Below, piece by piece: positions 1-10,248 of a stretch of 64,000 nt of DNA; position 1 is the first letter of the stretch; every line of letters starts with the position of its first letter. The DNA lies in the NCBI GenBank assembly GCA_963733035.1, contig CAVTBU010000003.1:21635-85634 (forward strand). The letters run 5' to 3'. Source of the DNA: Pirellulales bacterium. Its GTDB lineage: Bacteria > Planctomycetota > Planctomycetia > Pirellulales > PALSA-1355. Position numbers and translations under genes: made by a program. Below the pieces are notes generated by a model. That model saw only the letters and a program-made list of their open reading frames with translations, had not been told where the DNA came from and did no database searches.

Positions 1-1350
1 CCCGCAGGCTCCGAGCAGCGCCAGCCGGAGCAGCATGGCCCCAAAGTTCGGGCCGCCGGCCGGGTTGTTTTGCAGCGCAAGAAAGGGAAGCTCATCTTCC
101 TCGACATCCGCGATTGGACCGGGCGGGTCCAACTCTTCGTCGGTCGCGGCCAGGTGGGGGAGGAGAATTGGGCCCTGGCCGAATGCCTCGATCTGGGCGA
201 TCTGGTTGGCGTCGATGGCGAACTGAAACGGACCAAAACCGGTGAGTTGACGATCTTCGTCGAGAAGCTGCATTTCCTCACCAAGAGCATCGAAACGCCG
301 CCCGAGAAACATCATGGGCTGACCGACCCGGAGCTGCGGCAACGGATGCGGTACCTGGACCTGGCGTATACCGAGGGCGTACTGCCTCGATTCGTCAATC
401 GCACGAAGATCGTGGCGTCGGTGCGGAGCACGCTGGCCGGTTGTGGGTATATCGAAGTCGAAGGGCCGACGCTGCACGCGATTGCCGGCGGAGCCGCGGC
501 TCGACCTTTCAAGACGCATCACAATACGCTCGACATGCCGCTGTTCATGCGAATTGCCTTGGAGTTGCACCTGAAGCGGCTGTTGGTGGGTGGCATGGAG
601 CGGGTTTACGAGCTGGGTCGCGTCTACCGCAACGAGGGGATCAGCCCTCGGCACAATCCCGAGTTCACGATGCTCGAGGCCTATCAGGCCTACGGCGACT
701 ACCAGACGATGATGGACCTTACCGAGCGGATCATCGTCGAAGCGCTGGCGGCCACGGGGCAGGGGCAGCAGATTGCCTGGGGCGAGCGGACGATCGACTT
801 CACGCCACCGTTTGCGCGCCACACGTACGACGAGCTGTTTGAAACGCACACGGGCGTCAACCCGGCCAATGCGGAGGCGGTGAAGAAGCTGGCCGAAGGG
901 ATGGGCTTTGAAACAGCCGGCAAGCATCCCGACGTGATCAAGAGCGAAGTGTTCGAGGAGCGGGTGGAAGACCAGCTGGCCGGTCCGGTGTTTGTGCTGG
1001 ATTATCCGGCCAGCATTTGCCCGCTCACCAAACGGAAGGCCGACAACCCGGCCGTGGCCGAGCGGTTCGAGCTGTTCGTGCAGGGGATGGAAGTGGCCAA
1101 TGCCTACACCGAGCTGAACGACCCCGACTTGCAGGAGCAACTTTTCCGCACGCAGCTCGAAGGCCAGAAGGACGAGGATTCGATGGCCAAGATGGACCAC
1201 GATTTCATTCGGGCACTGCGGCACGGCATGCCGCCGGCCGGTGGGTTAGGAATCGGCATCGATCGACTGGTGATGCTCCTGACGGGCAGCCAGAGCATTC
1301 GCGAAGTGATTTTGTTTCCGCTGTTGCGCACGGAAGAACCGAAGCAGTAG
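1..1350 (+). CDS. lysS: Lysine--tRNA ligase (class II), 5'-truncated by the window edge
   Basis: Frame is open from base 1 (PAGSEQ...KVRAAGRVVLQRKKGKLIFLDI). OB-fold followed by GGAAARPF.THHN, RIALELHLKRL, YRNEGIS.RHNPEFTMLEAY, motif 3 GLGIGIDRLVM and VILFP. Confidence 0.97.
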   Translation, partial: PAGSEQRQPEQHGPKVRAAGRVVLQRKKGKLIFLDIRDWTGRVQLFVGRGQVGEENWALAECLDLGDLVGVDGELKRTKTGELTIFVEKLHFLTKSIETPPEKHHGLTDPELRQRMRYLDLAYTEGVLPRFVNRTKIVASVRSTLAGCGYIEVEGPTLHAIAGGAAARPFKTHHNTLDMPLFMRIALELHLKRLLVGGMERVYELGRVYRNEGISPRHNPEFTMLEAYQAYGDYQTMMDLTERIIVEALAATGQGQQIAWGERTIDFTPPFARHTYDELFETHTGVNPANAEAVKKLAEGMGFETAGKHPDVIKSEVFEERVEDQLAGPVFVLDYPASICPLTKRKADNPAVAERFELFVQGMEVANAYTELNDPDLQEQLFRTQLEGQKDEDSMAKMDHDFIRALRHGMPPAGGLGIGIDRLVMLLTGSQSIREVILFPLLRTEEPKQ

Positions 1351-1420
1351 GCGTCGGCTGAGTCGGGGGGCGGCCGACCGCGTTGCTAGAGAAAAACGCC
1401 GCGTAGCCAAAGGACTGGCG

Positions 1421-2980
1421 ATGTACAAATTCCTGCTCTGTTGGCGCTATCTGCGAACGCGCTGGATCGCGCTGGCGAGCATCATCAGCGTCACGCTGGG
1501 CGTGGCCACGATGATCGTCGTCAACAGCGTGATGGCGGGCTTCTCGCGTGAAATGCAGGGACGCATTCACAGCATCCTCTCGGACGTGACGATCGAGAGC
1601 CACGGGGCGGAAGGGTTCTCCGATCCGGACGATCATATGCGGCGCATTCGCAAGGTTGCCGGCAAGTACATCGCCGGCATGAGTCCCACGCTCACCATCC
1701 CGGCCATGCTGTCGTTTCAGGTGAACGGAAATTGGCACCAGCGGCAGATCACGTTTATCGGCATCGATCCGGCCAGCTACGGCACGGTTGGCGACTTCAA
1801 TCATTACTTGCAGCATCCCGCCAATCGCAAGGCGCTTGAGTTTGTGCTCCGCGACGGGGGATACGACGTTGTCGACCACGACGGTGACGAAAAGTCGCTG
1901 CCGCGTCACCGGATGGACATCGCTGGCTGGCCGAACCGCCGCATGTGGGGCCAGTTTTATAACGACATGCAGGGTGACCGACAGTCGATCGAGGAGGTCG
2001 AGACCGATCCTGTTTCGCTGGAATCGCCGCCCGAGGAGATTGAGGAATCGGGCTGGGTGTACGAGCGTGACGGACAAATCGCCGAGGGTGTCGGCGCGGG
2101 CCGGGATTTCGATCCGACGAAGCAGACGCACACCGGCATCGTGATGGGGATGGCGCTGGCTTGTAATCGGATGCCGGACGGCAGCGACTTCTTTTTTCTG
2201 CTGCCGGGCGATGACGTCGAAATCACGGTTCCCACGGCCGGCACGCCGCCGAAGGTCGTGCCGCAATTGTTTACGATCGTCGACGTCTACGAGAGCAAGC
2301 TCAGCGAATACGACAGCAACTACGTCTTCGCGCCGCTCGAGGCCGTCCAGCAAATGCGCGAGATGATCGATCCGGCCACGGGAATCGGCGCGGTCACTTC
2401 GATTCAGATCAAGCTCAGGCGCGAGGCGGACGGCGAACGGGTGCGCGACTTGTTGCGGGCCGAGTTTCCGGCGGGACAGTATGCCGTGCAAACCTGGCGC
2501 AACAAACAGGGCCCGCTGCTGGCCGCCGTGAATCTGGAAACGGCGATCCTCAATGTGCTGTTGTTCATGATCATTGCCGTGGCCGGGTTTGGCATTCTGG
2601 CGATCTTTTACATGATCGTCGTGGAGAAGACGCGCGATATCGGCATTCTGAAATCGCTGGGTGCCCCGAGTCGCGGGATCATGGGCGTGTTTCTGGCCTA
2701 CGGACTGGGACTGGGGATCGTGGGGGCCGGCGCGGGAATGGTCTTGGGGCTGTTGTTCGTGGCCAACATCAACGGCATTGCCGATGGGCTGGCAAGTCTC
2801 ACCGGGCAACAGGTCTTCGACCCGACGGTGTATTACTTTCAGGAAATCCCCGCGATTGTGAAGCCACTGACGGTGACTTGGATCGTGCTGGGGGCGATGC
2901 TTATCGCTGTGTTGGCCAGTGTGTTGCCGGCCCGTCGAGCGGCACGGATGCATCCGGTAGAAGCCTTACGCAATAAGTGA
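1421..2980 (+). CDS. LolC/E (FtsX/MacB-like) ABC transporter permease, copy 1
   Basis: N-terminal RYLR...SIISVTLGVATMIVVNSVMAGF. C-terminal TM block with VVEKTRDIGILKSLGA and PARRAARMHPVEALR. Lies between lysS and lolD. Confidence 0.9.
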   Translation: MYKFLLCWRYLRTRWIALASIISVTLGVATMIVVNSVMAGFSREMQGRIHSILSDVTIESHGAEGFSDPDDHMRRIRKVAGKYIAGMSPTLTIPAMLSFQVNGNWHQRQITFIGIDPASYGTVGDFNHYLQHPANRKALEFVLRDGGYDVVDHDGDEKSLPRHRMDIAGWPNRRMWGQFYNDMQGDRQSIEEVETDPVSLESPPEEIEESGWVYERDGQIAEGVGAGRDFDPTKQTHTGIVMGMALACNRMPDGSDFFFLLPGDDVEITVPTAGTPPKVVPQLFTIVDVYESKLSEYDSNYVFAPLEAVQQMREMIDPATGIGAVTSIQIKLRREADGERVRDLLRAEFPAGQYAVQTWRNKQGPLLAAVNLETAILNVLLFMIIAVAGFGILAIFYMIVVEKTRDIGILKSLGAPSRGIMGVFLAYGLGLGIVGAGAGMVLGLLFVANINGIADGLASLTGQQVFDPTVYYFQEIPAIVKPLTVTWIVLGAMLIAVLASVLPARRAARMHPVEALRNK

Positions 2981-2989
2981 CGGACCACG

Positions 2990-4575
2990 ATGTACAAGCT
3001 CTTTCTTTGCTGGCGATACTTGCGAACGCGCTGGATCGCGCTGGCCTCGATCGTTAGCGTGACGCTGGGCGTGGCCACGATGATCGTCGTCAACAGTGTG
3101 ATGGAGGGCTTTGCCGCGAGATGGAAGGCCGCGTTCACGGCATTCTTTCCGACGTGGTATTCGAGAGCCAGAATCTGGAGGGTTTTTATGACGCCGAAGC
3201 GCACATGGCGCGGATTCGCGAGATCGCCGGACCGTACATTGCCGGCATGACACCCACGGTGGCCGTGCCCGGGCAGCTACGGTTCGACGTCGACGGGCAC
3301 GAACAGACGCGCCACGTGAGCTTCATCGGCGTCGACGAGAACACCTACGGCACCGTGAGCGATTTCAACCGCTACCTGCGGCATCCGCAAAATCGACAGC
3401 AGTTGAGCTTCGAGCTGCGCGACGGCGGCTACGATGCACCGGAAGGAGAAACCGTTGCGGCCGATTTGCGCTCCGCCGGTTGGCCCCGCCGTTGGCGCGA
3501 TGCCGAGCGCAAGAAACAGCGGCAGCTCGCGGCGCCGGAAGCCAGCGCGGCCGAGACCGCAGCCGACCAGCAGCTGCCCCCCGAGACGATTGTGCGCGAC
3601 GGCTGGAGCTACCATCGTTCGCGAGAATCGCTGGCAACCGTCGAGCGGAACGTGGCGGCCCCGGCGCCGAATAATCCTTTCGAAAAGTTCGAAACGCAGG
3701 GAGCCTTTGATCCAGCCCGCCAAACGCATACGGGCATCGTGTTGGGGATTGGCATCGCGCGCGTCGCGGCGGCGGACGGGCAGAAATTCCTGGTGTTGCC
3801 GGGCGACGATGTAAAGGTCACGGTTCCTACAGCCGCCACGCCCCCCAAGCCGTCGAGCGATACGTTCACGGTCGTCGATCTTTATGAAAGTCAGATGACG
3901 GAGTACGACGCCAATTTCATCTTCATGCCGATTCGGAAGTTGCAAGTGATGCGGGGCATGATCAATCCGACCAGCGATGTGGGGCATGTGACGTCGATTC
4001 AAATCAAGCTGCACAACGAGGCCGACGGGGAGACAGTTCGCGACAAGCTGCGCGAGGCCTTTCCCGGTGGCGCCTACGGAGTTTACACCTGGCGCGACAA
4101 GCAGGGGCCCCTGCTGGCCGCCGTGCACATGCAAACCGCCATTCTCAACGTGCTGTTGTTCCTGATCATCGCGGTGGCCGGCTTCGGCATCTTGGCGATC
4201 TTCTGCATGATCGTGGCCGAGAAGACACGCGACATCGGAATCCTCAAGTCGCTGGGCGCCTCGAGCGACGGCATCATGGGCATCTTTGTCAGCTACGGAC
4301 TGTCGCTCGGAATCGTCGGCTCGGGAGCGGGTCTGCTGATCGGCCTGCTATTCGTGGCCAATATCAATCGGATTGCCGACCTGCTGGCGCGCGTCACCGG
4401 GCGCGAAGTGTTTGACCCGTCGATTTACTATTTCCAGCAAATACCCACGATCGTCGAGCCGCTGACGGTGGCCTGGATCGTGACCGGCGCGATGGCGATC
4501 GCAGTCGTGGCCAGCATTGTGCCGGCCCGTCGCGCGGCTCGCTTGCACCCCGTGGAGGCTTTACGCCATGAGTGA
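2990..4575 (+). CDS. LolC/E-like ABC transporter permease, copy 2 (one frameshift at ~3114)
   Basis: ORF 2990..3250 gives the N-terminus and ORF 3121..4575 the rest. Adding one C at 3114-3115 restores GFAREMEGRVHGILSD, collinear with copy 1. Confidence 0.88.
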
Positions 4576-5365
4576 CTCCAGCCGTCGTCTCATTCAACCG
4601 CGCCGTCGTGACGAGCAGGCGGGACCGCACCTGTCGCTGGTGGGCGAGCAGGATACGCCTGCCGCACCCGCTGAAGTGCAATTGGCCGCCATCGGCTTGT
4701 GGAAGCGCTACCAGAAGGGACGCGTCGAGATTCCAGTATTGCGGGGGGTCGACCTGGAGATTCGCCGCGGCGAATTCGTTTCGATCATCGGGCAAAGCGG
4801 CTCGGGAAAAAGCACGCTGCTGCATCTGCTGGGCATGCTCGACGCTCCCGACGAAGGCGAAGTGTGCTTTCGTGGACAACGGATCGACAACCTGCCGATG
4901 ACTCGGCGCGACATGCTGCGGAACCGCGAGTTCGGCATGATCTTTCAATTTTACCACCTGCTGCCCGAATTGACCGCGCTTGAGAACGTGCTGTCGCCGC
5001 TGCTGATTTCCGAGGGAGTGTTCGGCTACTTCCGACATCGCAAACGGCACATAGCGCGAGCCACCCATCTGCTGGAGATGGTCGGCCTGTCGCACCGCCT
5101 GAAGCATCGCCCGAGCGAACTGTCCGGCGGCGAAATGCAGCGGGCCGCGATTGCTCGGGCGCTGGCCGCCGAGCCCGAAGTGCTGTTGGCCGACGAGCCG
5201 ACGGGTAACTTGGATAGCGACACGGGTCAGGAAATCTTGCGAATCCTGCGAACCTTGAACGACGAGCACAATGTCACTATCATCATGGTAACGCACGACC
5301 GCAGCATCGCAGCCGAAGCGGATCGTACGCTGCGGCTGGCCGCGGGCCAGATGGAAGTCGTGTAG
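4568..5365 (+). CDS. lolD: Lipoprotein-releasing system ABC ATPase (LolD-like)
   Basis: Walker [19 protein letters not shown], signature [16 protein letters not shown] and VTHD. ATG at 4568 overlaps the end of the upstream permease. Confidence 0.88.
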   Translation: MSDSSRRLIQPRRRDEQAGPHLSLVGEQDTPAAPAEVQLAAIGLWKRYQKGRVEIPVLRGVDLEIRRGEFVSIIGQSGSGKSTLLHLLGMLDAPDEGEVCFRGQRIDNLPMTRRDMLRNREFGMIFQFYHLLPELTALENVLSPLLISEGVFGYFRHRKRHIARATHLLEMVGLSHRLKHRPSELSGGEMQRAAIARALAAEPEVLLADEPTGNLDSDTGQEILRILRTLNDEHNVTIIMVTHDRSIAAEADRTLRLAAGQMEVV

Positions 5366-5439
5366 CCAACCCTCTTTCGTACGCGGCTCGCATCCGTCAT
5401 CCTGACGCTTCAAACGCGGGAACAGTCCCGGAGGTTCTC

Positions 5440-6360
5440 TTGTCGATCCATAGCCCTTCGTCCCGCCCGGATTCCGCCACGAGTGCCCGACCGGACAGCA
5501 CCGCCGACTTCAAGATTTGGATCAACGGAACACTCTTTGCCAAGCAGGACGCCAAAGTCAGCGTCTATGACCACGGGTTGCTCTACGGCGACGGCGTGTT
5601 CGAGGGCCTGCGGAGCTATGGCGGCAAGGTGTTTCGGCTGGAGCAGCACCTCGAACGATTGTGGAATTCGGCCAAGGCCATCTTCCTCGAGATTCCGATT
5701 TCGCGGGCCGAGATGGGCAAAGCGATTAACGACACGCTCAAGGCCAACGGAATCGAAGACGGCTACATTCGTTTGATCGTCACGCGCGGAGCCGGCACGC
5801 TTGGGCTCGACCCGAACCGGACCAGCAATCCGCAAGTGATCATCATCACCGATTTCATCGCGGTGTATCCCGAAGAGTTATACGCGGCCGGTTTGGAAAT
5901 CATCACCGCCAGCTCGCAGCGGAACCATCCGGCGGCGCTTAGCCCTCGAATCAAGTCGCTCAACTATCTGAACAACATCCTGGCCAAGATTGAGTGCACG
6001 CAGGCCGGTTGCATGGAAGCCCTGATGCTCAACCACAAAGGCGAAGTGGCCGAGTGCACGGCCGACAATATCTTTCTCGTCAAAGACGGCATCCTGCTCA
6101 CGCCGCCTACCGACGCGGGCATTCTGGAAGGTATCACACGGGACGCCGTGATCGAGTTGGCTCGCCAGTCGGGCTACGAAGTGCGCGAGGTATCGCTCAC
6201 GCGGCACGACGTCTACATTGCCGACGAGGTGTTTTTGACCGGCACCGCGGTGGAAGTTATCGCCGTGGTACGGGTCGATAGCCGCAAGATTGGCGACGGC
6301 GCTCCAGGCCCGATCACCAAGGAACTGAAAGAGAAGTTCCACAAACTGGCGCGGTCGTAG
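5440..6360 (+). CDS. ilvE: Branched-chain amino acid aminotransferase (PLP class IV)
   Basis: DHGLLYGDGVFEGLR, KSLNYLNNILAK, ILEGITR and EVFLTGTAVE motifs. Exact start uncertain. Confidence 0.92.
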   Translation: MSIHSPSSRPDSATSARPDSTADFKIWINGTLFAKQDAKVSVYDHGLLYGDGVFEGLRSYGGKVFRLEQHLERLWNSAKAIFLEIPISRAEMGKAINDTLKANGIEDGYIRLIVTRGAGTLGLDPNRTSNPQVIIITDFIAVYPEELYAAGLEIITASSQRNHPAALSPRIKSLNYLNNILAKIECTQAGCMEALMLNHKGEVAECTADNIFLVKDGILLTPPTDAGILEGITRDAVIELARQSGYEVREVSLTRHDVYIADEVFLTGTAVEVIAVVRVDSRKIGDGAPGPITKELKEKFHKLARS

Positions 6361-6572
6361 GCAATGCCTACCGATTCGTTTAGCCCGGAGCCAACGGCGA
6401 TGGCGTGTCCTGATTCCGCGACTGGATGGCAGGCAGGTCGCGATTGACTTCGTCCCGCCCGAATCGCGAAATCGATTTGCCATTTGCCCGCGACTGGCGA
6501 CAATATCGGGGACACCACGCGCCGTCGCCGTTGGCTCCGGGCGAAACGTTGCATCTTTGGGAGAGCGCAATC

Positions 6573-7883
6573 ATGGATCTTGGGCGAACTTTCCGGTTCG
6601 TGTGCTGTTTCGCTTTGGCACTTTCGATCGGTGGTACTTTGGCCGCGGACGAGTGGCCGCAGTGGCGGGGGCCGAATCGGGACGGCGTGTGGCGCGAAAC
6701 GGGGCTGTTGGATAAGTTTGCCGGCGACGAACTGAAGATCCAATGGCGGCAACCGATCGGCAGCGGCTATAGCGGACCGACCGTGGCCGACGGCCGGGTG
6801 TTTGTCACCGACCGGCTCGTCGAACCCGAGCAAGTGGAACGGGTTCACTGCTTCGATTGGAAGACGGGCGAGCCGCAGTGGACCTATAGCTATGCCTGCC
6901 CTTATGTCAACGTGGGCTACACGGCCGGGCCGCGCGCGAGCGTCACCGTCGATGAAGGCCGTGCTTACGCGCTGGGGACGATGGGCAACTTGTATTGTTT
7001 CGAGGTCGCCAGCGGCAAGCCGTTGTGGAACAAAGACCTGAACGCCCAGTACAAGATCCGCATGCCGATCTGGGGTATCGCCGCTTCGCCGCTGGTGGAT
7101 GGCGACCTGGTGATCGTGCAGATTGGCGGAGAGGAAGCGTGCCTGGTGGCCTTCGACAAGAAGACGGGGGACGAACGCTGGCGGGCTCTCGACGACAACG
7201 CTTCGTACTCGGCCCCCATCATCATTCAGCAGGCGGGCCGGCCGGTGATGGTTTGCTGGACCGGCGGGAGCATCGTCGGCATGAATGCCCAAACGGGCGA
7301 AGTGTATTGGCGGCAACCGTTCAAGCCGGCCAAGATGGTGATCAATATCGCGACGCCAGTGTTCGAGAAAGGCCGCTTGTTCTTCACCAGCTTTTACGAC
7401 GGGTCGATCATGCTGGACGTCAATGACAAGCAGCTGGCCGTCAGCGAGCTGTGGAGTCGCCAGGGTCGAGACGAGCAGCATACCGACGGCCTGCACTCGA
7501 TTATCAGCACTCCGTATCTCAAGGGCGACTATGTGTACGGCGTCGACAGCTACGGCGAATTTCGTTGTTTGGACGGCAAAACCGGCGAGCGAATTTGGGA
7601 AAGCCTGGAACCCACGCCCAAGTCGCGATGGAGCACGATCCACATGGTCGAGAACGCCGGCCGGATGTGGATGTTCAACGAACGGGGCGAGTTGGTCATC
7701 GCCAGGATTTCGCCGTCGGGATACGAGGAAATCAGCCGGGCGAAACTGATCGAGCCAACGAGGGTTCAGCTCGGCCAACGCGGCGGAGTCTGTTGGGCTC
7801 ACCCGGCTTATGCACATCGGCACGTATTCGCCCGCAACGATAAGGAGATTGTTTGCGCGTCGTTGGCCGCTGGAGAAAATTAG
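6573..7883 (+). CDS. Secreted PQQ-like (BamB-like) beta-propeller protein
   Basis: Signal peptide then DEWPQWRGPNRDG, repeated AxDxxTGxxxW units and C-terminal WAHPAY...FARND, typical of the planctomycete-expanded family. ATG 6573 preferred to 6426. Confidence 0.85.
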   Translation: MDLGRTFRFVCCFALALSIGGTLAADEWPQWRGPNRDGVWRETGLLDKFAGDELKIQWRQPIGSGYSGPTVADGRVFVTDRLVEPEQVERVHCFDWKTGEPQWTYSYACPYVNVGYTAGPRASVTVDEGRAYALGTMGNLYCFEVASGKPLWNKDLNAQYKIRMPIWGIAASPLVDGDLVIVQIGGEEACLVAFDKKTGDERWRALDDNASYSAPIIIQQAGRPVMVCWTGGSIVGMNAQTGEVYWRQPFKPAKMVINIATPVFEKGRLFFTSFYDGSIMLDVNDKQLAVSELWSRQGRDEQHTDGLHSIISTPYLKGDYVYGVDSYGEFRCLDGKTGERIWESLEPTPKSRWSTIHMVENAGRMWMFNERGELVIARISPSGYEEISRAKLIEPTRVQLGQRGGVCWAHPAYAHRHVFARNDKEIVCASLAAGEN

Positions 7884-8002
7884 GCGGTGTCAGTCGTGTG
7901 ATAGCAGGGACATGACATCGACGAGCGTCTGGCAGCCCACTGTTTGGCGCGCTGTTAGCGGTAGAGCGATTTGAGCTCCTGGCAAAAAGTGCGATTTCTC
8001 AA

Positions 8003-8030
8003 TTGACGCCTTGTCCGGGTTCGTTACAAT
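8003..8030 (+). promoter_or_regulatory. Sigma70-like promoter upstream of ispE-spoVG
   Basis: TTGACG (8003-8008), 16-bp spacer, TACAAT (8025-8030), in an AT-richer intergenic region. Confidence 0.55.
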
Positions 8031-8138
8031 TCGACTCGGTTTAGCAGGCGCCGCGTCTTATTACGGGCGGTTTGTATGTAATTTGCTCGCGGTCTTGAAC
8101 TGAAAATCGCCGCGTCGCGCAAGCAGGGATCGCTTGTC

Positions 8139-9041
8139 ATGTACGTACACCGGCTAGCATCGAGCGTGGTAGTTCGAGCGCCGGCGAAGTTGAATCTCTT
8201 TTTCGAGGTGCTGGCTCGCCGAAGCGATGGCTACCATGAGATCGAAACGCTCATGGTTCCGATTGGCTTGTACGACACGCTAACTGCGCGCGTCGAGCCT
8301 AGCGGAGCGGTGCATCTCGACTGTCGCTGGGCCAACGGTGGCTCCGGGAGCGATTCATTGGGCCAGTTGCCCGCGGCGGAAAACAATCTTGCTTTTCGCG
8401 CCGTTACGCTGTTGCGCCAGCATGCCGGAGTCGACCTCGGCATTTCGATGACACTGGCGAAGCGAATTCCCTCGGCGTCTGGCCTTGGAGGTGGTTCGAG
8501 CGACGCGGCCGCCGCGCTGTTGGCGGCCAACGAGGTTTGGAATCTTGGCTATTCGCGTCCGCAATTGGGGGAACTTGGCGCCAAGTTGGGTAGCGATGTG
8601 CCCTTTTTCCTGGGCCAAGGGGCCGCGGTTTGTCGCGGTCGCGGCGAACGGATTGAATCTCAGCGCGGGTTGACGCCGTTGCACGTCGTCGTCGTGCGTC
8701 CACCGGCCGGGTTGTCGACAGCGGAAGTCTATGGGAAGTGCGAAGTGGCCAATCAGCCGCGTCGCGTAGCACCGCTGTTGGCGGCGCTACAACAAGGCAA
8801 CGTGCGGAACTTGAAAAAGCTGGTCTATAACCGGCTGCAACCAGCAGCCGAAATTTTGTGCCCGTGGGTCGAGCGACTGCATCGCGAATTGGCCGGCCAG
8901 GATTGCCTGGCGAACCAGATGAGCGGCAGCGGGACAAGCTATTTTGGGATTTGCCGTCACGCTCGGCACGCACGGCGTGTCGCGGGACGATTGCATTCGC
9001 GGGGCGTGGGTCGAGTCTATGCCACTAGCACTTGCAATTAA
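8139..9041 (+). CDS. ispE: 4-diphosphocytidyl-2-C-methyl-D-erythritol kinase
   Basis: APAKLNL, DGYHEIETL, GHMP motif KRIPSASGLGGGSSDAA, LGSDVPFF and MSGSG. Confidence 0.95.
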   Translation: MYVHRLASSVVVRAPAKLNLFFEVLARRSDGYHEIETLMVPIGLYDTLTARVEPSGAVHLDCRWANGGSGSDSLGQLPAAENNLAFRAVTLLRQHAGVDLGISMTLAKRIPSASGLGGGSSDAAAALLAANEVWNLGYSRPQLGELGAKLGSDVPFFLGQGAAVCRGRGERIESQRGLTPLHVVVVRPPAGLSTAEVYGKCEVANQPRRVAPLLAALQQGNVRNLKKLVYNRLQPAAEILCPWVERLHRELAGQDCLANQMSGSGTSYFGICRHARHARRVAGRLHSRGVGRVYATSTCN

Positions 9042-9065
9042 CGCCAGTTCGTAAGGAGAACGGCC

Positions 9066-9686
9066 GTGGAAATCACCGAGGTCCGCATTAAGCTCATGGA
9101 AGAGGCCAGCGAACGGTTGCAAGCCTTCTGCTCAATCACGTTCGACAATAGCTTCGTCATCCGCGATCTGAAAATCATCGACGGCGTCAACGGTCCGTTC
9201 GTGGCGATGCCAAGTCGCAAACTCACGGCCCACTGCCCGCATTGCGGATGCAAGAATCACCTCCGCGCGGCGCATTGCAATCAATGTGGCGGGCGTTTGA
9301 GCGAGGACCGCTTGGTGAAGGATGAGGATGGGCGGGCCAAGCTGTATGCCGACATTGCGCACCCGATCAATTCTGCCTGCCGCGAAATGATTCAGGACCG
9401 CGTGATTACGGAGTTTCGATTGGAACTCGATCGGTCGAAGATGCCGGGCTACAAGTCGACTTACGACGACTACGACCACGACGTGGACCTCCCGCCGCCC
9501 AGCAGGGAATCGCGCGAGCGGGAGGCTGCCCAGCGCAAGACGACGCACGTGCAACCGGCCGAACCACAGCCGCGCAGCCCGCACAAAAAGGCCGTGCCGC
9601 AGCCGCAAGCAGGCAACTCGGTCCCGCATTCCGCTCCTTCGCAGCAAGGCGCGAACCGCGACGGATTCGGGGCGGGAATCTTTTAG
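9066..9686 (+). CDS. spoVG: SpoVG-family nucleic-acid-binding protein with Zn-ribbon insertion and disordered tail
   Basis: [33 protein letters not shown] and DIAHPINS. Inserted CPHC...CNQC. RBS AAGGAG before the GTG start. Confidence 0.9.
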   Translation: MEITEVRIKLMEEASERLQAFCSITFDNSFVIRDLKIIDGVNGPFVAMPSRKLTAHCPHCGCKNHLRAAHCNQCGGRLSEDRLVKDEDGRAKLYADIAHPINSACREMIQDRVITEFRLELDRSKMPGYKSTYDDYDHDVDLPPPSRESREREAAQRKTTHVQPAEPQPRSPHKKAVPQPQAGNSVPHSAPSQQGANRDGFGAGIF

Positions 9687-9917
9687 GCAGTTTTCGCGGC
9701 GGAAGCGATGATGCTCGTTTTTCCGACGCGGACCGGCCAATCCGCAATCTCGTCACAATCCGCGCGTACGAACGCACGTCGAGGCTGCGTTGCCGAAACG
9801 CGACGCGATGCGTTTGCACATCACCGGGCATGAGGTATGGTTCCCTAGCCTGCCTTTCGCGCTTCCTTATGCGCGAAGCATGAACCCACCTTAACTTTCC
9901 TGCCCGGAGAGAGAACG

Positions 9918-10166
9918 ATGCGTAAACTACTGATTTTGACGGCCCTCGCGTTGTTGACGGCTGGCACGACCGGCTGCTTCCACAACAATTGCGGCACGGG
10001 TTGGCGGCCTGGCGGACTGTTCAGCAGTCGTCAGCCGACTCAGGCCCCGTACCAATGTTGCCAACCTGTTCAATGCTGCGATCCCTGCGCTGGTGCAACC
10101 ATGGTTGGATCGCCGATGATGGCGGCTCCGATGGCCGCGCCGGTATCGGCACCCTGTTGCCCGTAA
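9918..10166 (+). CDS. Small Cys-rich putative lipoprotein (82 aa)
   Basis: GGAGA RBS. MRK plus hydrophobic stretch ending in lipobox-like TTGC. Nine Cys including three CC doublets. Confidence 0.7.
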   Translation: MRKLLILTALALLTAGTTGCFHNNCGTGWRPGGLFSSRQPTQAPYQCCQPVQCCDPCAGATMVGSPMMAAPMAAPVSAPCCP

Positions 10167-10248
10167 CCGCGGCCAAGGAAGTTTTTGAAACCGGGCCTGC
10201 GAGCCCGGCGCGTTTCGCAGTCGCCAGCACGTTTGGAGACGGGGGCGG

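Noticed and set aside
1205..2953. Long antisense or alternate-frame ORFs (e.g. 1205..2953-, 6213..7823-, 11560..13416+, 25827..27155-, 41808..43532-)
   Set aside because: They shadow genes with clear family motifs and have no motifs of their own. Long stop-free antisense frames are expected in high-GC coding DNA.
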